From Haliotis rufescens (Eukaryota), in NCBI RefSeq assembly GCF_023055435.1, contig NW_025964112.1, positions 57,164,001-57,228,000 of the forward strand: a DNA stretch of 64,000 nt. Direction: 5' to 3'. The position numbers and the translations under genes were made by a program. The notes below the pieces were generated by a model. It ran no database searches and was not told where the DNA came from. It saw only the letters and a program-made list of their open reading frames with translations. Shown one piece after another: positions 1 through 12,640 of this stretch (position 1 is its first letter; every line of letters starts with the position of its first letter).

Positions 1-327
1 AAGCGCCCTTCGAGGGTGCTCTCGAAATTAGAAATAGGGGGCTTTTATTTGAATATTATTTTGGTTAAAAAAAAAACAGATTGAAAGATAAATTTCGTGG
101 TTTATGCTGACAGCCTGAAATGACAGATATATTTTTCTAGAATTTAAATTGCCCATAATTAAAGGTGCATATGACACACGAGTGTGTATTATATGCGAAT
201 AAATAAGTCTTGTGAACATTGATCAATCGTAAGGGGTGCTAATTGGGATTGTTCACTAGCCAATATATTAGCAAATACCCCCGTGGGCACTTATTACAGC
301 GGGGCGCTTATTACGTCAAATACGGTA
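1..327. mobile_element. MITE with TACCGTA-type end (Tc1/pogo-like), cut by the window edge
   Basis: Ends in ...AAATACGGTA; reverse-complement homolog of 43419-43712. Confidence 0.6.
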
Positions 328-767
328 TTATTTTTTTTAGCCTATGTAATCTCAGTTAAGTGATCAAAGATTACATTAAGGATACCACGATAGCATCATG
401 TTGGTAATGTGCTCTAGGGCTGAGTGACTCCATAGTACATCAGATACTATATGCCTAAGAACTATCTTTTCAATCTGATATGAGAGACCCATGAGGAATC
501 GGTTAGAACAGGTCTTCAGCAACCTATGCTGAACAAACAAACCTGATAAGAGAGATCATGAGAAGTCATAACATCTCCTGTACATTCGAAGCACAAAAGA
601 TATTTCCATAAAATTTGCAAACTGTCTTCCACGTGCTTCAAATCATTTTGACAATTAAAATATTTTGATAATTATTTAAAATATTAAAACTCTTCCATTG
701 TTTAACCAGAGTGCTCAACATCAAATTCATCACATGACAATCGTCACAGTAAGGCAACAAGTCTTAC

Positions 768-887
768 CGATACAGCTGTTCCCTCTCCACTGGTATCCAG
801 GTTTGCAGTCACATGAGTGGGAGCCGTTGGTGTTGGTGCACACCTCACTGACGTTGTTACATGGACTCCCGTTACACTCGTTGATGT
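768..887 (-). CDS. EGF exon 12 (calcium-binding EGF): DINECNGSPCNNVSEVCTNTNGSHSCDCKPGYQWRGNSCI; gene continues left of the window
   Basis: Manual translation gives a 6-Cys EGF with a D-I-N-E-C cbEGF start. CAG acceptor at 888-890, GTAAG donor at 767-763, 120 bp, phase 1-1. Confidence 0.9.
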
Positions 888-1974
888 CTGTTAGTGGGGC
901 ACAGAAACCATATCAAGTGTACTTGAACGTATTTAGTGATAACAACCATAACAATTATAATACTATATGTCCTGACTCATGAACATCTGTTAATAATACC
1001 AATAAAAAAACAATCGAAAACATATATGTTTATGATCCACAGAGACTTACATAAAAACATGCCTTCCGTTTCTTTTAACTTGAAATAAAGGACAAAAATA
1101 TGCAATAATAGTCAAAAGTTACAAATAAAGTATTAAATGTTACTAATAAAGGTCAAAATATAAAACAAACAGATGCTGGTTAAAAAATACAAAGTTGATA
1201 TAAAGGTCAAAAGTACGCAATATAATAGTCAAATGTTACGAAAAGACGTCAAATGAAAAGAAAGAACAATATATACTAAAAAAAGCCAGTGCGCACGAAA
1301 GGACACTAAACTGCTGATAGGAAAACGTTGACAATAAAGAATGCCAGATGGCGCTGCAACTTGTAAAACATTCCGAGTTTAATTGGCTCCTTCCGCAGTG
1401 TATATTTCTTGACCGAATGGACGCCCGTAGGTATTTCCATCTCATCCAATCAAAGACATCATCAACTCATTCAAATTCCAATGACTCATTTAACTCCCCG
1501 CAAACTGATATATCATAATATCAGCCCTCACTTATCTCGACCTCTGGATAAATTGGCATGTATCTTGTTATTCCAGTACACAATCATAATAATAATTATT
1601 TGCCAAGTCTATCAGTATTTAAGGGTGTCATATAACTACTAAGTTAGCATTTGCCATACAAATATTATCTCAAACTGCATTCAAGTATGCATAATATTTA
1701 TCATCTCAAATAAGTAATATACTAGTATGTGTATTTGCCATGCAAATATTCTAAAATAATACATCCAAAAACATGCAATTTTATTTTATGATTTGATGTA
1801 ACAGTGATGTAATCAAGAACAAAGGTTCTAGGGACCAGCTAAAAAGACTTTAACTCAAGGTGCCCCTCTGTCCAGGGGAAGTCCAAAGAATATAGTTTTA
1901 TGATCAAGGTAACAAAATACAACACTGTTTAATCTGGAAAAGCACTCCTGTCACAATAGTCAGGATTTTAATGT

Positions 1975-3451
1975 CAGTACCTGCCTACAGAGCAGTCTTG
2001 ACTCTCCCAGCCATCATTGCAGTTACATGTGTAGTTGCCGATGGTATTCTGGCAGTACCTACCTACAGAGCAGTCATGTCCCTCGCTTCCTTTATTAACG
2101 TGTGTAGTGGCCGATGGTATTCTGGCAGTGCCTACCTGCAGAGCAGTCTTGAACCTCCCAGCCATCATTGCAGTAACATGTGTAGTTGCCGATGGTATTC
2201 TGGCAGTACCTACCTACAGAGCATTCATGTCACTCCCAGTCATCATTGCAGAAACATGTGTAGTTGCTGATGGTGTTCTGGCATTACCTACCTACAGAGC
2301 AGTCTTGACTCTCCCAGCCATCATTGCAGTAACATGTGTAGTTGCCGATGGTGTTCTGGCAGTACCTACCTACAGAGCAGTCTTGACTCTCCCAGCCATC
2401 ATTGCAGTAACATGTGTAGTTGCCGATGGTGTTCTGGCAGTACCTACCTCCAGAGCAGTCTTGACCCTCCCAGCCATCATTGCAGTAACATGTGTAGTTG
2501 CCGATGGTGTTCTGGCAGTACCTACCTACAGAGCAGTCTTGACCCTCCCAGCCATCATTGCAGTAACATGTGTAGTTGCAGATGGTGTTCTGGCAGTACC
2601 TACCTACAGAGCAGTCTTGACCCTCCCAGCAATCATTGCAGTAACATGTGTAGTGACCGATGGTGTTCTGGCAGTACCTACCTACAGAGCAGTCTTGACC
2701 CTCCCAGCAATCATTGCAGTAACATGTGTAGTGACCGATGGTGTTCTGGCAGTACCTACCTACAGAGCAGTCTTGACCCTCCCAGCCATCATTGCAGTAA
2801 CATGTGTATTTGCCGATGGTATTCTGGCAGTACCTACCTACAGAGCAGTCTTGACCCTCCCAGCCATCATTGCAGTAACATGTGTATTTGCCAATGGTAT
2901 TCTGGCAGTACCTACCTACAGAGCAGTCTTGACTCTCCCAGCCATCATTGCAGTAACGTGTAGTTGCTGATGGTATTCTGGCAGTACCTACCTCCAGAGC
3001 AGTCTTTACCCTCCCAGCCATCATTGCAGTAACGTGTAGTTGCTGATGGTGTTCTGGCAGTACCTACCTACAGAGCAGTCTTGACCCTCCCAGTCATCAT
3101 TGCAGTAACATGTGTAGTTGCCAATGGTATTCTGGCAGTACCTACCTACAGAGCAGTCTTGACCCTCTCAGCCATCATTGCAGTAACATGTGTAGTTGCC
3201 GATGGTATTCTGGCAGTACCTACCTACAGAGCAGTCTTGACCCTCCCAGCCATCATTGCAGTAACATGTGTAGTTGCAGATGGTGTTCTGGCAGTACCTA
3301 CCTACAGAGCAGTCTTGACCCTCCCAGCCATCATTGCAGTAACATGTGTAGTTGCAGATGGTGTTCTGGCAGTACCTACCTACAGAGCATTCTTGACCCT
3401 CCCAGCCATTATTGCAGTAACATGTGTAGTTGCCGATGGTATTCTGGCAGT
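1975..3451. repeat. 78-bp tandem array (~19 units) derived from the 3' half of EGF exon 11 plus its donor site
   Basis: The unit translates on the minus strand as CQNTIGNYTCYCNDGWEGQDCSVGRY (26 aa). Confidence 0.95.
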
Positions 3452-3490
3452 AGCCATTCTTGCAGAGAGAAGCACTGCACTCATCAACAT
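3380..3490 (-). CDS. EGF exon 11 (cbEGF): DVDECSASLCKNGYCQNTIGNYTCYCNNGWEGQECSV
   Basis: CCCACAG acceptor ending at 3491, G|GTAGGT donor at 3379, 111 bp, phase 1-1, 6 Cys. Further duplicated donors lie downstream (see findings). Confidence 0.88.
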   Translation of the reverse strand: MLMSAVLLSARMATARIPSATTHVTAIMAGRVKNAL

Positions 3491-3639
3491 CTGTGGGTAC
3501 ATCAGTTCATCAACATGAAAACACCTTCAGGGAACTGACTCTTCTAGTTCAAGGCAAAGAGATCACTAAGACTAAGATCACTTCCAAAATTTAAGAAAAA
3601 AACTATTGTTTTTCTTGTTTCTTAGATTTCACTGGAAAT

Positions 3640-3975
3640 AGAGAATCTCACCCTTGTGATAAAAGCGGAAAAACTCTGAGGTATATTTGATATCTAAAAA
3701 CACAGGGGTGAAATTTTATTTTTCATCCAATGTCATTCTTCCATCTTTTGCAGTTTGTAGACAGTAATAAGCAGTGTCTTAAGTGTAAAAAGTACTGCTA
3801 ACAGCTTCAGTAGCAGAGCCATTGGTGATGGAATTTGATTGTGACGTCATGGTAACCAATAACATAATAATGGTCTGCAAAGCATAGTGATGCAATTTCA
3901 TTGCAGCGATATCTACAATGTAGATATTTCTTGATCTCACCCAAGCGATATCTCCTGTGGGAGCGAGTTTTGCAT
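3640..3975 (-). mobile_element. Non-autonomous interspersed element, inverted homolog of 28480-28875
   Basis: Colinear reverse-complement similarity over ~330 bp; the terminal palindrome is partly deleted. Confidence 0.6.
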
Positions 3976-4335
3976 TATAAAAGAAAGGTAATGTGATTTT
4001 TTTATCTCATATTCAAATTTGTACTGACCAAGTTTCTTTTCACCAATTTGTTTACCTGAATTTGCTGAAGGGCTCGGTGTAAATTTTTTGCTTTTTTTCC
4101 AGAATACTTAATCCGCTAGAGCCGGATGCGCATTATATTTGGGAGCACACTATACTCAAGAAAATACTGTATACAAACAAAGATATTTCTAAAACAAGCA
4201 TATTTTCAACAAAAGGGAGCCAGAAATATACACATGAGTTTTGACAAATATTAGTGAAGACATTCATTAAGATCAAAAACAAAAGATTATCACATAAAAT
4301 ACAGAAATCACATAAAATATCAACCGTCATATATA

Positions 4336-5635
4336 CTAGGGGTGTTCATTAAAGATTTCCCCTGACCCACTTCCGATGGACCTAGTGGAATGAAACTTGG
4401 CATAGGTATTAGTCTTTCTCCACATAGGAACCACCAAGAGTTACACACTTCTCCCATCGTTTTATGCAACTATGGAGACCTCGCTTGTAAAAACCCTCAT
4501 TTTGCGTCTCAAACCAGGACTTGACTTCAGAAATCAGTGTTTCATCATCTGTGAAACGTTTTCCCTTAAAAAATGACTTCATGGTTGGAAAGAGGTGGAA
4601 GTCAGATGGTGCAAGGTCAGGAGAGTAAGGAGGATGTGGAAGGATGTCATAGCCACAGGACCGCGCTTCTGTCTGGGCAACATGAGAGTTGTGTACTGGA
4701 GCATTGTCTTGCAGGAGACGGACACCCTTGGTCAGCATGCCACGCCTCTTAAGCTTGATAGCGTCCCACAATTTCCGCAGCAGTGAAGCATAATAAGCTC
4801 CTGGAATTGTGGTACCCTTTGCCAAGAAATCCATCATCACTACTCCGTGCTGGTCCCAAAACACTGTGAGCATGACCTTGCCTGCAGAGGGTTGGACAGG
4901 TGCCTTCTTTGTGGGGTGTGTGTGTGTGTGTGTGTGTGACTCCACATGCTTCCATTGCAACGACTGAACTTTAGTCTAAGGATCATAGTGATGGACCCAT
5001 GTTTCATCCTGTGTCATAAGTCTGTCAAAAAAGTTTGCCTGGTTTTTTTGGCACATGTCCAAAAGATCCTTTGAGCAATTGACTCATTCCTGCTTTTGGA
5101 AAGGTGTGAGCAACCTGGGAATCCATCGTGCAGACACCTTATGCATGTTGTCATGGATGATTTTTTCCACAGACCCTACACTGATCTTGACATCTTGTGC
5201 TAACTGGCGAACAGTTATACGTCGGTCTGCCAAAATGGCGGTCTCCACTTGATGGATAGTGTCCTCATCAATGGCTGAATGGGGGCGGCCAGGAATGGCA
5301 GCTGTTTCCACAGATGTCCGACCACACTTGAACTGGCGATGCCAGTGTTTAACAACGTCATATGATCTTCCCCATAAGTTGCTTTCATTTCATCGAAAGT
5401 TTCTTTTGGTGTGCGACCTTTCAAATATACAAAACCTAATCACTGCTCGGTATTCTACTGGCTCCATTGTCACAACTTACTCAATCATAACACCTGTAAA
5501 AGTGGTAAGATTAATAGTTCGGTGCTGCAAATTCAGACATAACCCATTGATACATGTATCATTACACATGTGAAATTTCAACTAAATATGATAACCCTAA
5601 GTGGTTTAGGGGAAATCTTTCATGAACACCCCTCG
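4336..5635 (-). mobile_element. Full-length (1300 bp) mariner DNA transposon, decayed
   Basis: ~37-bp TIRs (CTAGGGGTGTTCATTAAAGATTTCCCC / CGAGGGGTGTTCATGAAAGATTTCCCC) flanked by TA at 4334-4335 and 5636-5637. Confidence 0.95.
4409..5467 (-). pseudogene. Mariner (D,D34D) transposase pseudogene
   Basis: Starts MEPVEYRAVIRF; motifs WIPRLL, TQDETW, QDNAPVH, YSPDLAPSDFHLF, RWEKCV. Split over several frames and interrupted by a (CA)n run near 4916-4938. Confidence 0.92.
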
Positions 5636-5981
5636 TAATATCCACAAATTCTGCAGAATTTCTGTCACTGTCATGGATGCTTTGATATTTAGAACATTGT
5701 TATCTGAATCCCTTCAAGCTATTTCCATCATCCATTTTTTTTTGTACCATGACATCATCTGTTGCAGCATACATTGTATTTAACTATACATGATATTCAT
5801 TCTTTAATACAACTACATTAAATGATAAAGAGAATTGATGACTGGGGGAGAGCAAAGGGGGATAATCGAGAATGAATGCCACTAAGGATATTGACGTTTC
5901 CTTAAAATACAATTTTAATAAAATACAACATTACACCTAATGAGGCCTCCAGTTTGTACAACTTAAAGATGATAGCCTGAC

Positions 5982-6095
5982 CTTCAGTGCAGTTTCTCCC
6001 CGTCCAGTGGTCGGTGCAGTTGCAGGTGTAGTTGCCGATGCCATCAACACAGGTACCACTGTGGCTGCACGGGGAGGCCAGGCAGTCATCAATAA
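5982..6095 (-). CDS. EGF exon 10: VIDDCLASPCSHSGTCVDGIGNYTCNCTDHWTGRNCTE
   Basis: Lies in ORF 5902..6150; TTTCAG acceptor, G|GTCAGG donor, 114 bp, phase 1-1. Confidence 0.9.
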
Positions 6096-6262
6096 CTGAA
6101 ACATCATCAACAACATCTACCATGACAACCGGAGACAACACTAAAAACATAGACTGTGACTGACATTGTTGGACATACCGCCACTTTAAACAGCATTGCA
6201 GTTGAATGATGTTAGTGAGCTAAAGTGATGCCATTTAAACCCACAATCCACAGATCCTGGAT

Positions 6263-6832
6263 TCATCACAGTGACTTGTGGCACCTCAGATCACGGGGGC
6301 TACCCATGACTACTAACTGTTGGTGAACTGTTCCTGATCATGACCGGAAGACCCACACCTCAACAGGTGACATGCTACAATTGAGGGTAGACATAACTCA
6401 CCTTCGTCACAGTGACTTGTGGCACCTCAGATTACGGGGCCACCCAGGACTACTAACTGTTGGTGAACTGTTCCTGATCATGACCGGAAGACCCACACCT
6501 CAACAGGTGACATGCTACAATTGAGGGTAGACATAACTCACCTTCGTCACAGTGACTTGTGGCACCTCAGATTACGGGGCCACCCAGGACTACTAACTGT
6601 TGGTGAACTGTTCCTGATCATGACCTGAAGACCCACACCTCAACAGGTGACATGCTACAATTGAGGGTAGACATAACTCACCTTCATCACAGTGACTTGT
6701 GGCACCTCAGATCATGGGGGCTACCCAGGACTACTAACTGTTGGTGAACTGTTCCTGATCATGACCGGAAGACTGACACTTCAACAGGTGACATGCTACA
6801 AGTAAGGGTAGATGTAACTCACCTTCGTCACA
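6263..6832. repeat. 140-bp tandem repeat (4 units) containing the end of EGF exon 9 and its donor
   Basis: GTGACTTGTGG recurs at 6271, 6412, 6552 and 6692; units contain AACTCACCTTC (GAAG|GTGAGTT on the minus strand). Confidence 0.92.
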
Positions 6833-6933
6833 CAACGTCCCCTGATAGTCGGCGTCACAGACGCAGGTGAAGTTCCCTGGCCCCTCCTGGCAGGTTCCAT
6901 TGACGCAGGGATCTGTCTCACACTCCTTCACAT
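6823..6933 (-). CDS. EGF exon 9: DVKECETDPCVNGTCQEGPGNFTCVCDADYQGTLCDE
   Basis: Lies in ORF 6734..6952; TTTGTAG acceptor, G|GTGAGT donor, 111 bp, phase 1-1. Confidence 0.9.
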
Positions 6934-6984
6934 CTACAAACACATTGAACATGGGAACTAGGAAATGGCCATCAACAAATACAT

Positions 6985-9900
6985 GTAGTCAAACCCTACA
7001 TTAAGCACAGTCAAACCCTACATCTAGCACAAAGTGAAACCCTACATATAGCATACAGTCAAACCCTATATCTAGTATACAGTCAAACCCTACATCTAGC
7101 ATACAGTCAAACCCTACATCTAGCACACAGTCAAACCCTACATCTAGCATACAGTCAAACCCTACATCTAGCACACAGTCAAACCCTACATCTAGCATAC
7201 AGTCAAACCCTATATCTAGCATACAGTGAAACCCTACATCTAGCATACAGTGAAACCCTACATCTAGCACACAGTCAAACCCTATATCTAGCACACACTC
7301 AAACCCTACATCTAGCACACACTCAAACCCTACATCTAGCACACAGTCAAACAGAACATCTAGCATACAGTGAAACCGAACATCTAGCATACAGTGAAAC
7401 CCTACATCTAGCACACAGTCAAACCCTACATCTAGCATACAGTGAAACCCTACATCTAGCACACAGTGAAACCCTACATCTAGCACACAGTCAAACCCTA
7501 CATCTAGCACACAGTCAAACTCTATGTCTGGCACACAGTCAAACCCTACATATAGCACACACTCAAACCCTACATCTAGCACACAGTCAAACTCTACATC
7601 TAGCACACAGTCAAACCCTACATCTAGCACACAGTCAAACCCTATATCTAGCATACAGTCAAACCCTACATCTAGCATACAGTCAAACCCTACATCTAGC
7701 ACACAGTCAAACCCTACATCTAGCATACAGTCAAACCCTACATATAGCACACAGTCAAACCCTACATCTAGCACACAGTCAAACCCTATATCTAGCACAC
7801 AGTCAAACCCTACATTTAGCACACACTCAAACCCTACATCTAGCACACAGTCAAACCCTACATCTAGCACACACTCAAACCCTACATCTAGCACACATTC
7901 AAACCCTACATCTAGCACACAGTCAAACCGAACATCTAGCACACAGTCAAACCCTACATCTAGCACACAGTCAAACCCTACATCTAGCACAGTCAAACCC
8001 TACATCTAGCACACAGTCAAACCCTACATCTAGCACACAGTCAAACCTACATCTAGCATACAGTCAAACCCTACATCTAGCACACAGTCAAACCCTACAT
8101 CTAGCATACAGTCAAACCCTACATCTAGCACACAGTCAAACCCTACATCTAGCATACAGTCAAACCCTATATCTAGCATACAGTGAAACCCTACATCTAG
8201 CATACAGTGAAACCCTACATCTAGCATACAGTCAAACCCTATATCTAGCACACACTCAAACCCTACATCTAGCACACACTCAAACCCTACATCTAGCACA
8301 CAGTCAAACCGAACATCTAGCATACAGTGAAACCGAACATCTAGCATACAGTGAAACCCTACATCTAGCACACAGTCAAACCCTACATCTAGCATACAGT
8401 CAAACCCTACATCTAGCTCACAGTGAAACCCTACATCTAGCACACAGTCAAACCCTACATCTAGCACACAGTCAAACTCTATATCTGGCACACAGTCAAA
8501 CCCTACATATAGCACACACTCAAACCCTACATCTAGCACACAGTCAAACTCAACATCTAGCACACAGTCAAACCCTACATCTAGCACACAGTCAAACCCT
8601 ACATCTAGCACACAGTCAAACTCTATATCTAGCACACAGTCAAACCCTACATCTAGCACACAGTCAAACCCTACATCTAGCACACAGTCAAACCCTACAT
8701 CTAGCACACAGTCAAACCCTACATCAAGCACACAGTCAAACCCTACATCTAGCACACAGTCAAACCGAACATCTAGCATACAGTGAAACCCTACATCTAG
8801 CACAGTCAAACCCTACATCTAGCACAAAGTGAAAAGCTACATCTAGTACACAGTCAAACCCTACATCTAGCATACAGTCAAACCCTACATATAGCACACA
8901 GTCAAACTCTACATCTAGCACACAGTCAAACCCTACATCTAGCACACAGTCAAACCCTACATCTAGCATACAGTCAAACCCTACATATAGCACACACTCA
9001 AACCCTACATCTAGCACACAGTCAAACTCTACATCTAGCACACAGTCAAACCCTACATCTAGCACACAGTCAAACCCTACATCTAGCATACAGTCAAACC
9101 CTACATATAGCACACACTCAAACCCTACACCTAGCACACAGTGAAACCCTACATCTAGCACACAGTCAAACCCTACATCTAGCACACAGTCAAACCCTAC
9201 ATCTAGCACACAGTCAAACCCTATATCTAGCACACAGTCAAACCCTACATCTAGCACACAGTCAAACCCTACATTTAGCACACAGTCAAACCCTATATCT
9301 AGCACAGTCAAACCCTACATCTAGCACACACTCAAACCCTACATCTAGCACACAGTCAAACCGAACATCTAGCACACAGTCAAACCCTACATCTAGCACA
9401 CAGTCAAACCCTACATCTAGCACAGTCAAACCCTACATCTAGCACACAGTCAAACCCTACATCTAGCACACAGTCAAACCCTACATCTAGCATACAGTCA
9501 AACCCTACATATAGCACACACTCAAACCCTACATCTAGCACACAGTCAAACTCTACATCTAGCACACAGTCAAACCCTACATCTAGCACACAGTCAAACC
9601 CTACATCTAGCATACAGTCAAACCCTACATATAGCACACACTCAAACCCTACACCTAGCACACAGTGAAACCCTACATCTAGCACACAGTCAAACCCTAC
9701 ATCTAGCACACAGTCAAACCCTACATCTAGCACACAGTCAAACCCTATATCTAGCACACAGTCAAACCCTACATCAAGCACACAGTCAAACCCTACATCA
9801 AGCACACAGTCAAACCCTACATTTAGCGCAGTCAAACCCTATATCTAGCACAGTCAAACCCTACATCTAGCATACACTCAAACCCTATATCTTGCACACA

Positions 9901-10190
9901 GTCAAACCCTACATCTAGCACACAGTCAAACCCTTCATCTAGCATACAGTCAAACCCTACATCTAGCACAGTCAAACCCTACATATAGCACACAGTCAAA
10001 CCCTACATCTAGCACAGTCAAACCCTACATCTAGCATACAGTCAAACCCTACATCTAGCACAGTCAAACCCTACATCTAGCATACAGTCAAACCCTACAT
10101 CTAGCACACAGTCAAACCCTACATCAAGCACACAGTCAAACCCTACATCTAGCACACAGTCAAACCCAACATCTAGCACACAGTCAAACA
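6985..10190. repeat. 24-bp minisatellite (CACAGTCAAACCCTACATCTAGCA), ~130 units
   Basis: Directly visible; occasional 22-bp units; generates spurious LDVGFDCV and STQSNPTS ORFs. Confidence 0.97.
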
Positions 10191-11019
10191 CTTGTAGTAG
10201 GTTAGGGACCGACCATTTTGAGGGGAAGAGAATAAAATGTTTCTGAAAATTCTTGAAAAAGGTGATCATTCTACAGATACTTGAAAAAAGAAATTACCTG
10301 CAACAAAAATGACACTGTTGCAAGGTTTTTTTCTTTAAAAATAAGTCAGGCTTATAGTTATAAATAAAAATATATCTGGTGTTGCAGCTGAATCTCTATT
10401 CTTGATACAAAATCCCAGCTTGCTCCCCCCGCCATCAGAATATTAAATGGCCGGTCCCTCAAAGTATTTAGAATGACAAAACAATTTTATGTTATTCTGG
10501 CTTTGGATAACTTCCAAGAATCATAGCAGATGCTTGATTTATTAACTTATTACTTAGGAAACCCCATTCGTGACCAACTCGTGTTATTCCGTGACAAGCT
10601 GAATAGCGACTCGTGCCCCTCTCATGGCCATTTTTGTGACCGGCATACCTAAACAATTGTAAACTCGTTGCGTAATGGTTCACACATTTTCCCATGTATT
10701 ATATATATTTCAGATGCAATTCAAAGCACATCGGGACATGCGGAATTATACAGTATGATTGAAGACATTTAACTGTATCTTGGGTATATTTTTAGATGCA
10801 AGACATATGTAAAATCAAAAATTATTTCTGAGGGATTCTTTGACTTGAAATCACACACGCATTCTGATTGGTTTGTCGTATTTCCGCACATAACATTCAT
10901 CGATAGGGGGACGAGTCTTCTTGCAGGTGACGGAAAGGGGTGAGTGGTGACGAATGTAGGAAACCCCTACAGCAACTATATGTAACCAAGAGCTAACATG
11001 AGATTGGGGACTGCTGTAC

Positions 11020-11136
11020 CTGTCTCACATGTATCCCCCGTCCACCCAGTGCCACACGAGCAGGTGTAGTTGTTGGTTCCTGTATCGGTGCAGTTGCCGC
11101 TGTTCTTGCATGGAGTACTCTCACAATCATCCACAT
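11020..11136 (-). CDS. EGF exon 8 (type A, older paralog): DVDDCESTPCKNSGNCTDTGTNNYTCSCGTGWTGDTCET
   Basis: Manual translation; CTTCAG acceptor, G|GTACAG donor, 117 bp, phase 1-1. Confidence 0.9.
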
Positions 11137-11247
11137 CTGAAGACAAACATTATAGTCTGGTATCTCAGGAATATTATAGATGGACACACAGAGAATGAAC
11201 CGTACATCAATATTTTGGCTAATGAACAAGTCATCACATTCGTGATA

Positions 11248-11570
11248 TGAGGTGAGGTGAAATTGGGTTTAATGTCGAATGCACGTGTGTGTGTGTGTGT
11301 GTGGCTGCTTGTACTAGTCTGGACTGATGCCGATTTATAGTGCTAGCTCACTGAGATTCCATGCCGCAGTTTAACTTGAATACCCCACTCAGACACAGTA
11401 TACTGACTCCGAGCTGACCAGTTCTTGTTTTAGCCCCTTATGCCGAGCACCAGACAGGGTAACAACAAGTACCATCTTTTAATATCTTTTGGTATGACGC
11501 GACCCAGGATCGAACCCCGGACCTTCCGCTCTCCGGGCGGATGCTCTACCACTAGACCACAGAGGCGGTT
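11248..11570 (-). mobile_element. tRNA-derived SINE, family A. Other copies ~14168-14518, 18319-18670, 24570-24920, 30810-31010 (partial), 48385-48815
   Basis: Reverse complement has a tRNA-like head (TGGTCTAGTGG A box, GGTTCGA B box), internal (CA)n and a (CACCT)n tail; homologous to 56297-56710. Confidence 0.85.
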
Positions 11571-12059
11571 CACATGTATGACATATAACATTCACCTTAC
11601 ATTGATTGTACCTGGTGGGCCACAGGGCCATGTGTTACTTAATTTGGACTGGGGGGATGCCTAAAGATTGTTGTTTAAGTAAGTGAGTGAGGTGGGTTTG
11701 ATACTGGTTTGAACAGTATTCCAGTCCGATGATGGCGTGTCAGCTTAATGTGGGAGGAAAGCCTGAAGTGATGCTGACACTTACCACTACTGCGAGCACG
11801 GGTTTGGTGCCGACATAGCTAGAAACATAACAGGGGATCACAGGTTTTCATAACTGTCACCACTGTCAATTTCCTAAAAATCCAGGGTGTGTCAATTCTG
11901 TGCACTCTGTGTTTAACATCTTAACTCACTGTTGAAAAGGGACATTTTCTCGGCACCATATATGATCCGGGGGCTCTAAGGGGGTTGCAAAGGGAGGCAC
12001 CAGAAAGGGTCCTGTGGCACAATCAGGTGAAGAACTTAATCAACCTTGTATAAACATAC

Positions 12060-12170
12060 CAACGTCACAAAGCCAGCCAGTCCATCCAGGTTGACAACTG
12101 CATGTGTAGTTATCTGCCCCTAGTACACAGGTGGCGTTGTTAGTGCAAGATGCTCCAAAACAGTAGTCCA
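12060..12170 (-). CDS. EGF exon 7 (type B, older paralog): VDYCFGASCTNNATCVLGADNYTCSCQPGWTGWLCDV
   Basis: Manual translation (absent from the ORF track); CTTTTACAAG acceptor (AAG type), G|GTATGT donor, 111 bp, phase 1-1. Confidence 0.85.
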
Positions 12171-12640
12171 CTTGTAAAAGAACATAGTATATTTCAGTTA
12201 TTACCTGAGTAACTCAAAACAATCTCAGGCATTCATCACAAGTAGGGAAGTGGACAGTCAAGCAAGTCAACAAGAAGAAATAGAACAAAAGTAGTATAAC
12301 TAGATTTATGTTTGCCCATCCGCTTAATGTAACATCTTTTTATGGCCCCTGCCAAAAATATTTTTGTTTCATGATACCAACCTTTCTATAATAAATGACC
12401 AGTCCCTAAATAATGATTAAATTTAGAACTTTTATATTTGACAAATATTTAACTGTTTCATTTCTTAATGGCCCCCTCTATAGTTGTGATACGTCTTTGT
12501 CATAGGTGATACGAAAGTTGTAGGAGTCAAGGTTTCTGTGGAGGTGTTGGAACACAAGTATATAATTGCTGAATTGACATTCTGGGTACTTGCATAGATA
12601 CTAAATAAAAGATAACAGTGGTTATCGGATCTATACCAAC

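Noticed and set aside
2284-3024. 246-aa EGF-like minus-strand ORF as a standalone gene or large exon
   Set aside because: Each unit has only 4 of the 6 EGF cysteines, there is no acceptor of its own, and it is cut off from exon 11 by a stop and frameshifts.
2035-3538. Plus-strand ORFs (311, 209, 145, 142 aa) with hydrophobic or Cys-rich repeats
   Set aside because: Antisense read-outs of the 78-bp exon-derived array.
7001-10269. LDVGFDCV and STQSNPTS repeat proteins (mucin-like)
   Set aside because: Translations of a 24-bp satellite broken by 22-bp units; no splice signals or codon constraint evident.
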